A stretch of DNA of 32,000 nucleotides from Rhodobacter capsulatus SB 1003 (GTDB lineage: Bacteria; Pseudomonadota; Alphaproteobacteria; Rhodobacterales; Rhodobacteraceae), in NCBI RefSeq assembly GCF_000021865.1, contig NC_014034.1:240001-272000 (forward strand). Reading direction: 5' to 3'. Position numbers and translations under genes: made by a program. Of the stretch, positions 22,301 to 31,341 are shown one piece after another. The notes under the pieces were generated by a model, which made no database searches, had not been told where the DNA came from, and saw only the letters and a program-made list of their open reading frames with translations. The number at the start of each line of letters is the position of its first letter. The first letter of the stretch is position 1.

Positions 22301-22330
22301 TATATAAGGAGGGGAAAATAGCCCTGCAAG
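22301..22330 (-). promoter_or_regulatory. RpoH (sigma32)-type heat-shock promoter of dnaK-dnaJ
   Basis: Minus strand reads CTTGCAG-N14-CCTTATATA. This matches the sigma32 pattern CTTGAAA-N13/14-CCCCATNT and the alphaproteobacterial CTTG...CYTATNT form. It lies about 115 nt upstream of the dnaK ATG. Confidence 0.55.
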
Positions 22331-22356
22331 AACTGACGCGCGGGAGTTTGCGACAA

Positions 22357-22992
22357 ATGCCACAATCCGCCAAATCGGTGCAAAAACGCCCGGATCCGCA
22401 GGAAATCCGCGGCTTCCGGCATTACCCCGGCTGGCTGGTGTCCACCGAACAGGCGGCGCTGGTCGAGGACCTGCGCGCGGTGGTCGCCGCCGCGCCGCTC
22501 TTCTCGCCGATGACGCCCTACGGGCGGCCGATGTCGGTGCGGATGACCTCGGCCGGGCGGTTCGGCTGGGTGAGTGATCGGCGCGGCTATCGCTACAGCG
22601 AAACGCACCCCTCGGGCGGGGCCTGGCCGCCGATTCCGGAAAGCGTTCTGGGCATCTGGCGGGCTGTGTCGGGGTCTGATCGCAGCCCGGAATGCTGTCT
22701 GGTGAATTTCTATGCCGAAAAGGCGCGGATGGGCCTGCATCAGGACCGCGACGAGGCGGATTTTGCCCAGCCCGTGGTGTCGATTTCGCTCGGCGATGAC
22801 GGGCTGTTCCGCATCGGCAATGAAACGCGGGGCGGGGCGACGCAAAGCCTCTGGCTGCGCTCGGGCGATGTGCTGGTGATGGGCGGTGCCGCGCGGCTGC
22901 TCTACCACGGCATCGACCGGATCGCGCCCGGGACATCGACGCTCTTGCCGCAGGGCGGGCGGATCAATCTGACCTTGCGCGTGGTGACATAG
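22357..22992 (+). CDS. alkB: alpha-ketoglutarate/Fe(II)-dependent DNA/RNA dealkylating dioxygenase AlkB
   Basis: Iron-ligand motifs HQDRDE and LLYHGI, plus a C-terminal RINLTLR. The start is set at ATG 22357 because the upstream part of ORF 22081..22992 overlaps dnaK and its leader. Confidence 0.9.
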   Translation: MPQSAKSVQKRPDPQEIRGFRHYPGWLVSTEQAALVEDLRAVVAAAPLFSPMTPYGRPMSVRMTSAGRFGWVSDRRGYRYSETHPSGGAWPPIPESVLGIWRAVSGSDRSPECCLVNFYAEKARMGLHQDRDEADFAQPVVSISLGDDGLFRIGNETRGGATQSLWLRSGDVLVMGGAARLLYHGIDRIAPGTSTLLPQGGRINLTLRVVT

Positions 22993-23033
22993 GCGGCAAG
23001 GGCGTATTTGCGCCAAGAAGAAATCTGCATCCC

Positions 23034-23092
23034 TTTATCTTGCTTCAAATATCCCGGGGGGCCGGGGCATCGCCCCGGCGGGGCAGAGCCCC
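23034..23092. repeat. half-copy of the 3573-3688 palindromic element plus two GC hairpins
   Basis: Positions 23034-23060 (TTTATCTTGCTTCAAATATCCCGGGGG) match the 27-nt arm at 3642-3668 with 2 mismatches. This is followed by GCCGGGGC-ATC-GCCCCGGC (23061-23079) and GGGGC-AGA-GCCCC (23080-23092). The repeat overlaps the 3' end of mutY. Confidence 0.8.
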
Positions 23093-24124
23093 CGCTTCTG
23101 CCAGATCCCAGACCTTGCGCATCACCGTGGGCAGGGCGGCGGGGGAAAATTCGGATTTCGGCGTGAAGCCCTCTCCCTCGGTCTGGGCGACGAAGACCCG
23201 CAGCCGCAGGTGGAAATGGGTGAAGGTGTGGCGGACCTCATGCGAAAGCGGGGTCCAGTCGGCGGCAAGGGGCGGGCAGGGGGCGGGGGCGGTTTCGGCC
23301 CAGTCCGAGCCGGGAAAGCCCAGCATCCCGCCCAGAAGCCCCTTGTCCGGGCGGCGTTCCAGCAGCACCCCGCCATCGGGGGCGAACGCAACATAGGCCA
23401 GACCGAACCGGGTCGGTTTCTCGGGCTTCGGCGTCTTGCGCGGCAGCTCTGCGGCGATGCCCTGCGCCTTTGCGGCGCAGAAATCACTGACCGGGCAGAG
23501 CGCGCAGGCCGGATTGCGCGGGGTGCAGATCGTGGCGCCCAGATCCATCATCGCCTGCGCATGATCGCCCGGACGCCGCCGGGGCGTCAGCCGCCCGGCC
23601 CTGTCGATCAGCGCGGGTTTCGCCGCGGGCATCGGGGTTTCGACGGCCCAAAGCCGCGCCACCACCCGTTCGACATTGCCATCGACCACCACGGCCGGTT
23701 CGTCAAAGGCGATCGCCGCCACCGCCGCCGCCGTATAGGGGCCGATGCCGGGCAGGGCGCGCAGACCCTCGGCGGTTTCGGGAAACCGCCCGCCCGCCGC
23801 CGCCACGGCCCGGGCGCATTTCAGCAAGTTGCGGGCGCGGGCGTAATAGCCAAGCCCCGCCCATTCCGCCATCACCGCGCCATCCTCCGCCGCCGCCAGA
23901 TCGGCCACGCCGGGCCAGCGCGCGGTGAAACGGCGGAAGTAATCCCTCACCGCGGCGACCGTCGTCTGCTGCAGCATCACCTCGGAAAGCCAGACGTGAT
24001 AGGGATCGGGCCGCACCCCTGCCGCGCGGTCGGCGGGACCCACCCGCCAGGGCATCACCCGCGCCTGGGCATCATACCAGGAAAGCAGCGCCGCCCCCGC
24101 CGCCGCCTCGTTTCCGTCACGCAA
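23045..24124 (-). CDS. mutY: A/G-specific adenine DNA glycosylase MutY
   Basis: HhH motif LPGIGPYTAAAV, Fe-S cluster cysteines CTPRNPACALCPVSDFC, and a C-terminal Nudix-like domain. The start is TTG at 24124: an in-frame TAA lies 2 codons upstream, and the first ATG would delete the conserved LLSWYD segment. Confidence 0.9.
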   Translation of the reverse strand: MRDGNEAAAGAALLSWYDAQARVMPWRVGPADRAAGVRPDPYHVWLSEVMLQQTTVAAVRDYFRRFTARWPGVADLAAAEDGAVMAEWAGLGYYARARNLLKCARAVAAAGGRFPETAEGLRALPGIGPYTAAAVAAIAFDEPAVVVDGNVERVVARLWAVETPMPAAKPALIDRAGRLTPRRRPGDHAQAMMDLGATICTPRNPACALCPVSDFCAAKAQGIAAELPRKTPKPEKPTRFGLAYVAFAPDGGVLLERRPDKGLLGGMLGFPGSDWAETAPAPCPPLAADWTPLSHEVRHTFTHFHLRLRVFVAQTEGEGFTPKSEFSPAALPTVMRKVWDLAEAGALPRRGDAPAPRDI

Positions 24125-24205
24125 TCTTTATGGCCCCCCGCCCCATTCCTCTGGCTTTGCCCCGTCGCCTGCCTAGAATAGGGCTAGGTTCCGGGAAGGA
24201 CAGGG

Positions 24206-24784
24206 ATGAACGACGATCACCACCACGCGCCGAACGAGCGCCCCGCGGCGCCGAACAAGCTGCGCCGGATGCGCGGCTTTGAAGCGGCGGCCGGTCTGGT
24301 CAAGGAGCGCATCCGCACCGCGGGCGAATCGCGCGGTTTCGCCATTGCCCGGCTGGTCACGCATTGGGCCGAGGTCGTCGGCCCCGAGATCGCCGCCCAT
24401 GCCCGCCCGGTCAAGATCGGCTACGGCCGCGAGGGGATCGGCGCCAGCCTGACGCTTCTGGTCGAGGGGCCGATGGCGCCGATGATCGACATGAGCCGCG
24501 AAAAGATCCGCGCCAGGGTCAATGCCTGCTACGGCTACAACGCGATTTCCCGCATCCTGATCACCCAGACCGCCGCCACCGGCTTTGCCGAGGGGCAGGC
24601 GGCCTTTGCCCCGGCACCGAAAAAGGCGCCCGCGGCCCCCACCCCCGAGGTCTGCGCCCGCGCGCAGGCGGCGACCGAGGGCCTGGCCGATGCCGGGCTG
24701 CGGGCGGCGCTGGAAGACCTTGCCCGCAACATCCTGATGAAACCCGCCAGACGGCGGGACGAGCTGAGAAAGGCTGACCCATGA
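24206..24784 (+). CDS. DUF721 domain protein (DciA-like, function inferred)
   Basis: 192 aa. The core segment ...IARLVTHWAEVVGPEIAAHARPVKI...LTLLVEGPMAPMI... resembles DUF721. Transcribed divergently from mutY and coupled to the next gene by an ATGA overlap. Confidence 0.65.
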   Translation: MNDDHHHAPNERPAAPNKLRRMRGFEAAAGLVKERIRTAGESRGFAIARLVTHWAEVVGPEIAAHARPVKIGYGREGIGASLTLLVEGPMAPMIDMSREKIRARVNACYGYNAISRILITQTAATGFAEGQAAFAPAPKKAPAAPTPEVCARAQAATEGLADAGLRAALEDLARNILMKPARRRDELRKADP

Positions 24785-25443
24785 ACCGACGTTCCCTTTT
24801 GCTTGGCCTCGCCGGTGGCGCCGTGGTGGCGGCTGCGGGCGGCGGCTATGCCGTGCTGCGGCAGGCCCCGGCCGAGACGCTGATCGCCACCCCGGCCGAG
24901 GCGGCCCCGGGGGGCACCATCCTGCCCGACGTGGCCCTGGGCCGCGCGGATGCGCCGGTGACGCTGATCGAATATGCCTCCTTCACCTGTTCGCATTGCG
25001 CAAGGTTCCATGAAACGGTCTTTGGCGCGCTCAAGCGCGATTACATCGACACCGGCAAGGTCCGCTTCATCCTGCGCGAGGTCTATTTCGACAAGTTCGG
25101 GCTTTGGGCCGGGCAGGTGGCGCAATGCGGCGGCGATCTGAAATATTACGGCATCGCCGGGATGCTGTTTTCCGAACAGAAATCCTGGATCGGCGACGGG
25201 ACCGAGCCGGTGATCGCCGAGAACCTGCGCAAGATCGGCATCAAGGCCGGTCTGACCAAGGATCAGATCGAGACCTGTTTGAACGACACCGCCCGCGCCG
25301 AAGCGATGGTGATGACCTATCAGAAGAACGCCTCGGCCGATGCGATCGAGGGCACGCCGACGCTGGTGATCAACGGCGAGAAGCATGACAACATGGGCTA
25401 TGCCGAGCTGAAGAAGATCTTGGATGCCAAGCTGGGCGGCTAA
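24781..25443 (+). CDS. DsbA-family thiol:disulfide oxidoreductase
   Basis: Signal or anchor segment [19 protein letters not shown] (Tat-like RR). Thioredoxin-fold active site [10 protein letters not shown]. Confidence 0.88.
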   Translation: MNRRSLLLGLAGGAVVAAAGGGYAVLRQAPAETLIATPAEAAPGGTILPDVALGRADAPVTLIEYASFTCSHCARFHETVFGALKRDYIDTGKVRFILREVYFDKFGLWAGQVAQCGGDLKYYGIAGMLFSEQKSWIGDGTEPVIAENLRKIGIKAGLTKDQIETCLNDTARAEAMVMTYQKNASADAIEGTPTLVINGEKHDNMGYAELKKILDAKLGG

Positions 25444-26429
25444 AGCCCGAGGTTTTCCAAGGCCTTGAGAAGCGGTGCGGCGTCTTCGAAGACCAGCCGC
25501 ACCGGCAGCGCCAGCACCTTCGGCCGGAACGAAACCGGCAGCCGGGCGGCGTCCTTTTCCGTCGTCACCAGCTGGGCATCCAGAAACAGCGCTTCGGTTT
25601 CCAGCCGGGTCAGCAGCTGCGCCGAGAAGGGCTGATGATCGTCCAGCGCCTCGGCCCGCACCACCTCGGCGCCAAGGCCGCGCAGGGTGGCGAAGAATTT
25701 CTCCGGATGGCCGATGCCCGCGAAAGCCAGCACCCGCTGGCCTTCCCAATCCATGCCGGTGGGCAGGGGCACCAGCTGCCCGCGCAGATGCGGCACCGGA
25801 ATTTGCGCCCCCCAGCGCGCGGCGAAGCTTTCCTGCGCCGGGACCGGCCCGATCGAAAGCGCCAGATCGGCCCGGGCCAGGCCCTCGGCCACCGGCTCGC
25901 GCAGCGGCCCCGCGGGCAGGCAAAGCCCGTTGCCGAAGCCCTTGGCCGCATCGACGACGACGATCGAGAGATCCTTTTGCAGTGCCGGGTTCTGATGCCC
26001 GTCATCAAGCAGGATCAGCTTCGCCCCGGCCGCCACCGCCGCCCGGGCGCCCGCCGCCCGATCCCGCGCGACCCAGGTCGGCGTGAAGGCCGAAAGCAGC
26101 AGGGGCTCGTCGCCCACTTCGGCGGCACGGTGGCGCATTTCCTCGACCCGGACCGGCCCGGTCAGGTTGCCGCCATGGCCGCGGCTGACCACATGCGCCG
26201 CGAGCCCGCGGCTCGCCAGAAGCTGCGCCAGCGCGATCACCGTGGGCGTCTTGCCGGTGCCACCCGCATTGATGTTGCCCACCGAAATCACCGGCACCGG
26301 CAGGCGCAGCCCGCCTTTCGCCACCCGCAACCGGGTGGCCGCGGCATAGACCCGCCCGAGCGGGCCAAGCAGCCGCGCCCGCAGCGCCGGGCGGGCGGGA
26401 TCGGTGAACCAGAAACCGGGGGCCTGCAT
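25440..26429 (-). CDS. lpxK: tetraacyldisaccharide 4'-kinase
   Basis: P-loop [12 protein letters not shown] and N-terminal FWF...LLGPL. ATG 26429 overlaps the waaA stop (TGATG). The track start at 26432 is a TTG. Confidence 0.92.
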   Translation of the reverse strand: MQAPGFWFTDPARPALRARLLGPLGRVYAAATRLRVAKGGLRLPVPVISVGNINAGGTGKTPTVIALAQLLASRGLAAHVVSRGHGGNLTGPVRVEEMRHRAAEVGDEPLLLSAFTPTWVARDRAAGARAAVAAGAKLILLDDGHQNPALQKDLSIVVVDAAKGFGNGLCLPAGPLREPVAEGLARADLALSIGPVPAQESFAARWGAQIPVPHLRGQLVPLPTGMDWEGQRVLAFAGIGHPEKFFATLRGLGAEVVRAEALDDHQPFSAQLLTRLETEALFLDAQLVTTEKDAARLPVSFRPKVLALPVRLVFEDAAPLLKALENLGL

Positions 26430-27640
26430 CAACTTGTCCTTTCTGCGCGGGCGGCGTCGAATTCCCGCAAGATCGCCCGCACGATGGCCTCGGCCGCCGC
26501 CGCCCCGCCCGAGGTCACCGCCCAGGCGTTATGCGCCAGAACCGCGGCGCGGTCGGGGGACATCAGATCGGCGATGGCCTCGCCAAGCGAGGTGTCGTCA
26601 TGGATCGACCGCGCCGCCCGGGCTTCGTCGAGCCTTGCATAATCGGCGGCGAAAGGGGCGGTCTGCGGCCCGTGCACCACCGCCGAGCCCAGCGAGGCCG
26701 GTTCAAAGGGCGAACGCCCCTGACTGGCCGCCCCGATCAGCGTGCCGCCCATGTAGCTGACCGGGGCGATGCGATACCAAAGCCCGTATTCGGCCGGATC
26801 ATCGGCCAGAAAGATCTCGGTCTCGGCATCGGGCTCGCCTTCGAGCGAGCGGCTCGCCACCGCCCAGCCCGCATCGGTCAGCCGGTCGCCCAGTTCCAGC
26901 GCGTCGTCGGGCTGGTCGGGCGCCAGGATCAGCAGCATCCGATGCGCGTGGTGCTGCGCATGCGCCTGCGCCGCCAGCACGGCGTCGATTTCCGCGGCCG
27001 GCACCGCGGCGGCCAGCCAGACCGGCCGGGTATGCGTCAGGCTGGCCATCGAGGCCCGTTCCGCCTCGGAACAGCGCAAAGGCTTCGGCGGCAGGCCGAG
27101 GGCGCCGCCGACATCGATCTGTGCCGGGTCCAGCCCCTGGCGTTCCAGCAGCCCGAACGAGGCCTGGTCGCGCACGACGATCCGGCGGATCCGGCGCAAC
27201 AACCCGCGTTGCCCGAACCGGCCCAGACGGCGGGCAGGCGGCGGCAGGAAGACATCGACCATCATCACCGCAATCCCCGCCCGGTCGGCCGCGGTGATCA
27301 GCGCGCCCGGCAGGTCATTGCCGAACAGAACCACCAGCCCCGGCCTGACCCGGTCCAGCAGATCCCGCGCCGCGGCCAGGCTGTCTTCGGGCGGCACGGC
27401 GGCTTCGACGGTGTCGGGCAGCGCCTGCTCCGGTCCCGGCGGCAGCGCCAGCATCACCCGCATCCCGGGGCGCAGCCGGTCAAGACGCGCCAGAACCTGC
27501 CGCACGCCGTCCAGCCCTGCGCTGGCGGCCTCGGGGCTGACCTGCATCCAGATCAGCGGCCCCGGAGCCTCGGACGGGGGGGGCGCCGCAGCCTCGGGCC
27601 CGGTCTCTCCGCGCCACCAGCGGGCAAGCGATCCCAGCAT
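26429..27640 (-). CDS. waaA: 3-deoxy-D-manno-octulosonic acid (Kdo) transferase
   Basis: The C-terminal segment [23 protein letters not shown] matches the WaaA/KdtA NPLEPAA...GP motif. Synteny with lpxK supports the call. The start is trimmed to ATG 27640 because the upstream part of the ORF overlaps the DUF4170 gene. The N-terminal region is divergent (see findings). Confidence 0.8.
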   Translation of the reverse strand: MLGSLARWWRGETGPEAAAPPPSEAPGPLIWMQVSPEAASAGLDGVRQVLARLDRLRPGMRVMLALPPGPEQALPDTVEAAVPPEDSLAAARDLLDRVRPGLVVLFGNDLPGALITAADRAGIAVMMVDVFLPPPARRLGRFGQRGLLRRIRRIVVRDQASFGLLERQGLDPAQIDVGGALGLPPKPLRCSEAERASMASLTHTRPVWLAAAVPAAEIDAVLAAQAHAQHHAHRMLLILAPDQPDDALELGDRLTDAGWAVASRSLEGEPDAETEIFLADDPAEYGLWYRIAPVSYMGGTLIGAASQGRSPFEPASLGSAVVHGPQTAPFAADYARLDEARAARSIHDDTSLGEAIADLMSPDRAAVLAHNAWAVTSGGAAAAEAIVRAILREFDAARAERTS

Positions 27641-27653
27641 CGGGCTCAGGCTC

Positions 27654-27911
27654 TCAGCTGCCCAGCTCCTCGGTCGCCGAGGCCGGGGTTTCCTCGTCGC
27701 GCAGCCGGTGCAGGTGGGCGATGAAATAGCGCATATGCGCATCATCCACGGTGCGCTGCGCCTCGGCCTTCCAGGCGGAATAGGCCGTGGCATAGTTCGG
27801 ATAGATGCCGACGATATGGATGGCGTTCACATCCTTGAATTCGCTGCGCGAGGCGGAGACAAGTTCGCCGCCGAAAACGAGATGCAGGCGTTGGGGGGAA
27901 GGTTTGCTCAT
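27654..27911 (-). CDS. DUF4170 domain protein, 85 aa
   Basis: LHLVFGGEL...VGIYPNYATAYSAWKAEAQRTVDDAHMRYFIAHLHRL matches my recollection of DUF4170. Its stop lies 13 nt before the waaA start. Confidence 0.8.
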   Translation of the reverse strand: MSKPSPQRLHLVFGGELVSASRSEFKDVNAIHIVGIYPNYATAYSAWKAEAQRTVDDAHMRYFIAHLHRLRDEETPASATEELGS

Positions 27912-27941
27912 GGGCCATCCTGTCGGAAAAGGTGTGCCGGA

Positions 27942-27970
27942 AGACTATGCGAAGCCCCGCCGCCTCTCAA
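27942..27970 (-). promoter_or_regulatory. candidate sigma70-type promoter for DUF4170-waaA-lpxK
   Basis: Minus strand reads TTGAGA-N17-TAGTCT, with its -10 ending about 30 nt upstream of the DUF4170 ATG. Confidence 0.3.
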
Positions 27971-27996
27971 GCGCGGATGCGGGGGCCGGGGGGCAA

Positions 27997-28818
27997 TTAC
28001 TGCGCAAGCCCAAGCCCGATCAGGTGATCCGCCCCCTGCCGCAGCCCGCGCGGATCGGCGACCTCAAGCAGCAGCCGCGGCATCTGCGGCAGCCGGTGCA
28101 GCGCGGCAAAGACCGCCTTCCAGGGCACGTTGCCCTCCCCCGGGTGCCAGTGCCGGTCGGCGAAGCCGTCGACATCCTGCAGATGCACATGGCGCAGCGC
28201 CGCCCCGCCCGCCAGCGCAAAGGCATCGACCGGCGGCGCCCCGCAGCGGTGGTGCATCATCTGCGCATGGCCGGTATCGAGCGACAGCTTCACCGCCGGA
28301 CTGCCCAAGGCCTCGGCCAGCCGCGCCCGCAGCCCCGGATCGGTATCCTCGACATTTTCCAGCACCAGCTCGACCCCCAGCCGCTCGGCGCGTTCGATCA
28401 CCGGCCCCATCACGAAGCGCACCCGCTCGAAGGAAATCGCCGCCGCCACCGAAGATGTCGCGATCTCCGCCTCGGTCCAAAGCCCGTAGGGCGAATGCAC
28501 CACCATCTGATCGGCGGCCAGATCGGCGCAGATTTCCAGCGCCCGCAGCAGGCGGTGCCGGATCACCGGGGTGATCTCGGGATCGGCGCAATCGATGCGG
28601 AAGGACATGAAGGGCCCGTGCACCCCGCGCCGCCCGCGGTGGCCGTCAAGCAGCTGCTTTGCCTGCGCCACCAGCTCGGGCGTGTCGCCGTCATGGGTGG
28701 TCGGCCAGCAGAAGCTTTGAATCTCGATGGGGCGGTCTTTTTCGAACAGCCAGTCGCGGTGCAGCGCGATCATGTCGAGGCTGAGGGCTGCGCCCAGAAC
28801 GGGTAACTCTTTTGTCAT
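27997..28818 (-). CDS. sugar phosphate isomerase/epimerase (xylose isomerase-like TIM barrel)
   Basis: The spacing of metal and catalytic residues (VHSPY, LENVED, LDTGHAQ, HLQD) is typical of the AP endonuclease 2 / xylose isomerase-like fold. The start is trimmed to ATG 28818 (MTKELPVLGAAL). Confidence 0.75.
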   Translation of the reverse strand: MTKELPVLGAALSLDMIALHRDWLFEKDRPIEIQSFCWPTTHDGDTPELVAQAKQLLDGHRGRRGVHGPFMSFRIDCADPEITPVIRHRLLRALEICADLAADQMVVHSPYGLWTEAEIATSSVAAAISFERVRFVMGPVIERAERLGVELVLENVEDTDPGLRARLAEALGSPAVKLSLDTGHAQMMHHRCGAPPVDAFALAGGAALRHVHLQDVDGFADRHWHPGEGNVPWKAVFAALHRLPQMPRLLLEVADPRGLRQGADHLIGLGLAQ

Positions 28819-28906
28819 CGCCGATCCCTGTGGTTGTCCGTGCCGACACAGGCTGCGCCGGTCGCGCGCGCTTTTCAATCCGGTTTGAAGCCGCTAATCA
28901 GGCCCC

Positions 28907-29989
28907 ATGCACAGAAGTCTGACCCAGATCTACGATGGCCGCGTCGCGGCGGGAACCCTGCGCGCCGATGCGGCGCAACGGGCGGTGTTGCCGCTGCTGG
29001 ACCGCGTCCGGGCCGAGCTGGAGGCGCCGGTGAAGAAGCCGGGCCTGTTCGGTCTTTTCGCCAAGCCCCCCGAGCCGATCCGGGGGCTGTACCTCTGGGG
29101 CGGTGTCGGGCGCGGCAAGTCGATGCTGATGGATCTGTTCGGCGAGGCGGTGGCGGTGCCCAAGCGCCGGGTGCATTTTCACGCCTTCATGCAGGAGGTG
29201 CAGGGCAAGATCGACGGCCATCGCCGCGCCAGGGAGGAAGACCCGATCCAGCCCGTCGCGGCGGAAATCGCGGCCGCGGTCCGGCTTTTGTGTTTCGACG
29301 AAATGCAGATCACCGACATTGCCGATGCGATGATCGTGGGCCGTCTGTTCGACGAGATGTTCAAGCGCGGCGTGACGGTGGTGACGACCTCGAACCGGCC
29401 GCCGGTCGATCTTTACAAGAACGGCTTGAACCGGCAGCTGTTCCTGCCCTTCATCGAAATCCTGTCCTCGCGGCTGGAAGTGCATGAAATCGTGTCGGAA
29501 ACCGATTACCGGCTGCATCGGCTGGCGGGGGCGGAGGTCTATTTTGCGCCTGCGGGGACGGCGGCCCACAAGAAGATGGATGCGCTCTGGAACGAGCTGA
29601 CCGGGCATGACGGCACGACGAAGCTGCGCATCGAGGTCAAGGGGCGGTCGGTGGTGATCCCGCAGTATCACAACGGTGTCGGGCGGGCGCGGTTCTGGGA
29701 TCTGTGCGGCGCGATGCTGGGCCCGGCCGATTATCTGGCGATCGCCGGGGCGCTGCGGGTGCTGATGATCGATGACATTCCGCATCTGTCCGCGTCGAAC
29801 TTCAACGAGGCGAAGCGCTTCGTGACGCTGATCGACGCGCTTTATGAGGGCAAGGTGCGGCTGATCTGTTCCGCCGCCGATGTGCCCGAGCGGCTTTACA
29901 ACGAGGGCGAGGGCAGTTTCGAATTCGCCCGCACGGCCTCGCGGCTGCGGGAGATGCAGTCGGCCGACTGGTCGCAGGAAAATCGGTAA
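28907..29989 (+). CDS. zapE: AFG1/ZapE-family ATPase
   Basis: 360 aa. Walker A GGVGRGKSMLMD, Walker B LLCFDEM, and C-terminal FEFARTASRLREMQS typical of the family. Confidence 0.9.
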   Translation: MHRSLTQIYDGRVAAGTLRADAAQRAVLPLLDRVRAELEAPVKKPGLFGLFAKPPEPIRGLYLWGGVGRGKSMLMDLFGEAVAVPKRRVHFHAFMQEVQGKIDGHRRAREEDPIQPVAAEIAAAVRLLCFDEMQITDIADAMIVGRLFDEMFKRGVTVVTTSNRPPVDLYKNGLNRQLFLPFIEILSSRLEVHEIVSETDYRLHRLAGAEVYFAPAGTAAHKKMDALWNELTGHDGTTKLRIEVKGRSVVIPQYHNGVGRARFWDLCGAMLGPADYLAIAGALRVLMIDDIPHLSASNFNEAKRFVTLIDALYEGKVRLICSAADVPERLYNEGEGSFEFARTASRLREMQSADWSQENR

Positions 29990-30057
29990 GCAGCGGCTTC
30001 GGGTGCTTTGACCGAGGCCATCGCCGAGGTCACGCGCGACAATGGCCCCGTGACCGG

Positions 30058-30107
30058 CGAGGGCCCAAAGGCCCTCGGCCTGCGCCCGCCCCGCCATCGG
30101 CGGGCGC
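30058..30107. other. two perfect GC-rich hairpins in the zapE/LLM convergent spacer
   Basis: CGAGGGCC-CAAA-GGCCCTCG (30058-30077) and GCGCCCGCC-CCGCCATC-GGCGGGCGC (30082-30107). Confidence 0.6.
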
Positions 30108-30180
30108 TGTCGCGCCGCCGGGGCGGAGCGCAGGCCTCTGTTGCGCTTGGGGAAACGGTCTTGCGGCAGCCGTGGCGATA

Positions 30181-30217
30181 CGGGCGGGGAAAGGCGGTGC
30201 CTTTCCTTTTCCGCCCG
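30181..30217. terminator. two-tier hairpin with terminator-like core, 9 nt beyond the LLM stop
   Basis: Inner stem GGAAAGGC-GGT-GCCTTTCC followed by TTTT in the + orientation. The outer stem CGGGCGG/CCGCCCG encloses the T tract. Confidence 0.5.
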
Positions 30218-30225
30218 AAACACGC

Positions 30226-31245
30226 TTAGGCCAGCATGTCCCGCACCATCGGCGCGACCTTGCTGCCGTAAAGCGCGATCGCATCGCGCAGATGCGCGGG
30301 GTTTTGCGGCCCGGCCGAGTATTTCAGCGTGAACCGGTCCAGCCCCAGCGCCTTGACCGTGGTCGCGATCTTCTTCGCCACCGTCTCCGGGCTGCCGACA
30401 TAAAGCGAGCCATGGGCGATTTCCGCCTCGAAGGCCGCCTTGGTGAAACGCGGCCAGCCGCGCGAACGCCCGATCAGATCGTGCATCGTGGCATAGGCCG
30501 GGAAATAGCGTTCCTTCGCCTCGTCATCGGTCGCCGCGACATGGCCCGGCGAATGCACCGACAGCGGCAGCATCTGTGCCCCCATCCGCGCGCGGGTGTG
30601 GCGGTAAAGATCGGCCATCGGGGTGAATCGGGCCGGATTGCCGCCGATGATCGCCATGACCAGGGGCATGTCCATCGCCGCCGCCTCCAGCACCGAGTCG
30701 GGGCTGCCGCCGACCCCGCGCCAGACCTGCAGCGGCCGTTCCGGGCGCGGATAGACCGTCACGCCCTTCAGGGCCGGGCGGTGGCTGCCTTGAAAGCTGA
30801 TCTTCTCCTGCGCCACAAGGCTTTGCAAAAGCTGCGCCTTTTCGGTGAAGAGCGTCTCGTAATCGTTCAGGTCAAAGCCGAACAGCGGGAAGCTTTCGGT
30901 GAAGGATCCCCGCCCGATCGTCAGCTCCGCCCGTCCCGGCGCCAGCGCATCCAGCGTCGCAAGGCGCTGAAACACCCGGATCGGATCGTCCGAGGACAGC
31001 ACCGTGACCGAGGTCCCGGCATGGATCCGTTCGGTCGAGGCAAGGATCGCCCCCAAAAGCGGCTCCATTGCCGAGATCGCGAAATCCGGGCGGTGGTGTT
31101 CGCCCAGACCGATGTAATCCAGCCCGACCTGATCGGCCAGAACCGCCTCGGCCAGCGTGTCGCGGATCACCTGCGCGCCCGAGCGGGGCCCGATCGCATC
31201 GGCGGTGATGTCGCCAAAAGTATCAAGGCCGAATTCAAGCACCAT
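30226..31245 (-). CDS. LLM-class (luciferase-like) flavin-dependent oxidoreductase
   Basis: MVLEFGLDTFGD...GLDYIGLGEHH...TIGRGSFTESFPLFG is typical of the LLM family. AAGGAGG lies 6 nt upstream of ATG 31245. Confidence 0.85.
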   Translation of the reverse strand: MVLEFGLDTFGDITADAIGPRSGAQVIRDTLAEAVLADQVGLDYIGLGEHHRPDFAISAMEPLLGAILASTERIHAGTSVTVLSSDDPIRVFQRLATLDALAPGRAELTIGRGSFTESFPLFGFDLNDYETLFTEKAQLLQSLVAQEKISFQGSHRPALKGVTVYPRPERPLQVWRGVGGSPDSVLEAAAMDMPLVMAIIGGNPARFTPMADLYRHTRARMGAQMLPLSVHSPGHVAATDDEAKERYFPAYATMHDLIGRSRGWPRFTKAAFEAEIAHGSLYVGSPETVAKKIATTVKALGLDRFTLKYSAGPQNPAHLRDAIALYGSKVAPMVRDMLA

Positions 31246-31341
31246 CGCAGGCCTCCTTTCCATTGCAGGAAAGATAGGCAAAGGGCGCCTGTGCGCCTAG
31301 GCACGAGGTCGCACAGGAATCCCCGCAGAAATGCGCAGATT

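Noticed and set aside
22306-22314. Perfect AAGGAGGGG Shine-Dalgarno-like sequence on the + strand, 45 nt upstream of alkB.
   Set aside because: No ATG, GTG or TTG lies at a usable distance; the in-frame codon there is ATA. The sequence is simply the reverse complement of the dnaK sigma32 -10 region.
29990-30229. 73-codon ORF in the same frame as zapE immediately after its TAA stop, which could suggest stop-codon readthrough or a recent truncation.
   Set aside because: ZapE already ends at the family-typical C-terminus (FEFARTASRLREMQS...). The downstream translation degenerates into Arg-rich sequence, and its coding bias fades in the second half. The stretch coincides with the stacked hairpins.
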